DNA of 32,000 nt, from contig NC_011979.1 in the NCBI RefSeq assembly GCF_000022265.1, positions 240,001 to 272,000 on the forward strand, written 5' to 3'. This document shows positions 30,828 through 32,000 of the stretch, piece by piece. Source of the DNA: Geotalea daltonii FRC-32. Lineage in GTDB: Bacteria > Desulfobacterota > Desulfuromonadia > Geobacterales > Geobacteraceae. Positions within the stretch are counted from its first letter, which is position 1, and every line of letters starts with the position of its first letter. The notes beneath the pieces are model-generated. The model did no database searches. It was not told the DNA's origin and saw nothing but the letters and a program-made list of their open reading frames with translations. The position numbers and the translations under genes were made by a program.

Positions 30828-32000
30828 ATGATAAAAAATGGTTTTACTGAATGGCCGGAGGATTTCGCGCAAGCGTACCGGGATGCCGGTTACTGGCGAG
30901 ACCAGACAATCGGCGAGGTGCTTGCAGAACGCTTCGCACGTTTCGCGGACAGAACCGCACTTATCGCTGAAGACGGGGCACACTATACCTATGCCGATCT
31001 GGACCGGCTTTCCACCCGCCTTGCCCTGCATTTCAAAAACCTGGGACTCCAACCATACGATCGGGTCATCCACCAGATCCCCAACGGCCCGGTAAGCGTC
31101 CTGACTTTTCTCGGGCTGCTCAAGGCGGGCGCCGTACCGGTGATGACACTGCCCCCCCACCGGGAAGCGGAGATCGGCCACTTTGCCCGGCTTTCCGGGG
31201 CGCGTGGCTACGCCATAGCCAGCCAGGTGCGTGAGTTCGACTTCCAGGCCCTGGCCGGCACGGTGCAGGAACAGAATCCGTCCCTGGAATTTGTACTGGT
31301 AACCGGCGGCATGCCCGGTCCCGGCTATCAGTCCATCGATGCCATGCTGCTCGACCCCATCGAGGAACGGGCAGGCAGTACCAGCCTGCCGCGACCCGAT
31401 CCGGATTTTCCTGCCGTGCTGCTCCTGTCCGGTGGGACCACCGGCATTCCAAAGCTCATACCGAGAACCCACAACGACTATGCGTACAACTTTCTTCGCT
31501 GCGCCGAAGTATGCGGGCTTGACGGGGAGACCTCCGTACTCGTCGCCGTGCCGCAGGCACACAATTTTGCCCTTGCCTGCCCGGGGCTGTTGGGCACCCT
31601 TGCCACCGGCGGCTGCGAACTGCTGTCGGCAAACACCGCTACCGAACAGCTCATGAAGCTGATAGAGACGCACCGGTTGACCCATTTCATTGCCGTGCCG
31701 ACGATGATTCTCGGCCTCCTCGACCATCCCGAGCGTGGCAAGTACGACCTCTCCTCCCTGCGGATGATCCTCACCGGCGGCTCGAAACTCAACCCGGAAG
31801 TGGCCCTGCGTCTGCGTCCGGAACTGGGATGTGACGTCCTGCAGGTCCTGGGCATGGCAGAAGGACCTCTCTATTGGACACGTCTGGAAGACCCGGACGA
31901 CGTGCGGCTGCATACCCAGGGCCGCCCCCAGTCCCCCGGCGACGAATTCCGTATCGTTGACCCGGAGAGCGGCAAAGAGGTGGCGCCGGGAGAAGTGGGA
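30828..32000 (+). CDS. Aryl-acid adenylating enzyme/CoA ligase, EntE/DhbE (2,3-dihydroxybenzoate-AMP ligase)-like; 3' end outside the window
   Basis: ATG 30828 lies 9 nt after AGGAGG (30813-30818). The frame is open for 391 codons to the window edge: MIKNGFTEWPEDFAQAYRDAGYWRDQTIGEVL...LLLSGGTTGIPKLIPRTHNDYAYN...TGGSKL...VLGMAEG. Not in the ORF track because no stop is reached. Confidence 0.85.
   Translation, partial: MIKNGFTEWPEDFAQAYRDAGYWRDQTIGEVLAERFARFADRTALIAEDGAHYTYADLDRLSTRLALHFKNLGLQPYDRVIHQIPNGPVSVLTFLGLLKAGAVPVMTLPPHREAEIGHFARLSGARGYAIASQVREFDFQALAGTVQEQNPSLEFVLVTGGMPGPGYQSIDAMLLDPIEERAGSTSLPRPDPDFPAVLLLSGGTTGIPKLIPRTHNDYAYNFLRCAEVCGLDGETSVLVAVPQAHNFALACPGLLGTLATGGCELLSANTATEQLMKLIETHRLTHFIAVPTMILGLLDHPERGKYDLSSLRMILTGGSKLNPEVALRLRPELGCDVLQVLGMAEGPLYWTRLEDPDDVRLHTQGRPQSPGDEFRIVDPESGKEVAPGEVG

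Noticed and set aside
30824-30832. First ATG after the SD (ATGGCATGA)
   Set aside because: It encodes only two codons before a stop. The overlapping ATG at 30828 opens the 391-codon ligase frame.
30795-31913. 372-aa minus-strand ORF given in the track
   Set aside because: Antisense to the open-ended plus-strand EntE-like ORF, which has a strong SD and canonical adenylation motifs.

Overview
High-GC, Geobacter-type (Desulfuromonadota-like) chromosomal segment dominated by the anaerobic benzoate pathway. Order, left to right:
- partial lipoprotein gene;
- benzoate-CoA ligase (BadA/BamY family, minus strand);
- divergent acetyl-CoA hydrolase/transferase-GNAT fusion;
- a ~7-kb minus-strand heavy-metal efflux operon: Cys-rich leader protein, TolC-like outer-membrane factor, small secreted Cys/His protein, adaptor, HME-RND pump, short HMA protein. 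A decayed serine-recombinase (resolvase) gene bounds it on the right;
- a GNAT-Rrf2 operon (BadL-BadM-like);
- bamA (ring-cleaving hydrolase);
- the complete class II benzoyl-CoA reductase operon bamBCDEFGHI, ending in a strong terminator;
- a PaaY/gamma-carbonic-anhydrase-like hexapeptide protein;
- a 3-hydroxyacyl-CoA dehydrogenase;
- an NtrC-type sigma54 activator plus PAS histidine kinase (BamVW-like);
- a divergent, open-ended EntE/DhbE-like aryl-acid ligase gene behind a near-consensus -24/-12 promoter.

Two real genes are misrepresented in the ORF track. bamF needs read-through of an in-frame UGA (selenocysteine). The aryl ligase ORF runs off the window and is missing, replaced by an antisense shadow ORF. 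I found no rRNA, tRNA or CRISPR.

The Bam pathway is already described in Geobacter metallireducens, so I do not claim a new multi-gene system. The parts that look under-described are:
1. a ~35-45 bp promoter/operator module present four times (GNAT-rrf2, bamA, bamB, hbd-like), which defines a small regulon;
2. the GNAT-Rrf2 pair, and a CoA-transferase-GNAT fusion next to the benzoate-CoA ligase;
3. a secreted paralogue of the adaptor's N-terminal Cys/His double motif, sitting in the CusF position of the efflux operon;
4. evidence that the efflux operon is an old insertion splitting the aromatic cluster.

All homology statements come from motif recognition by eye. No searches were run.
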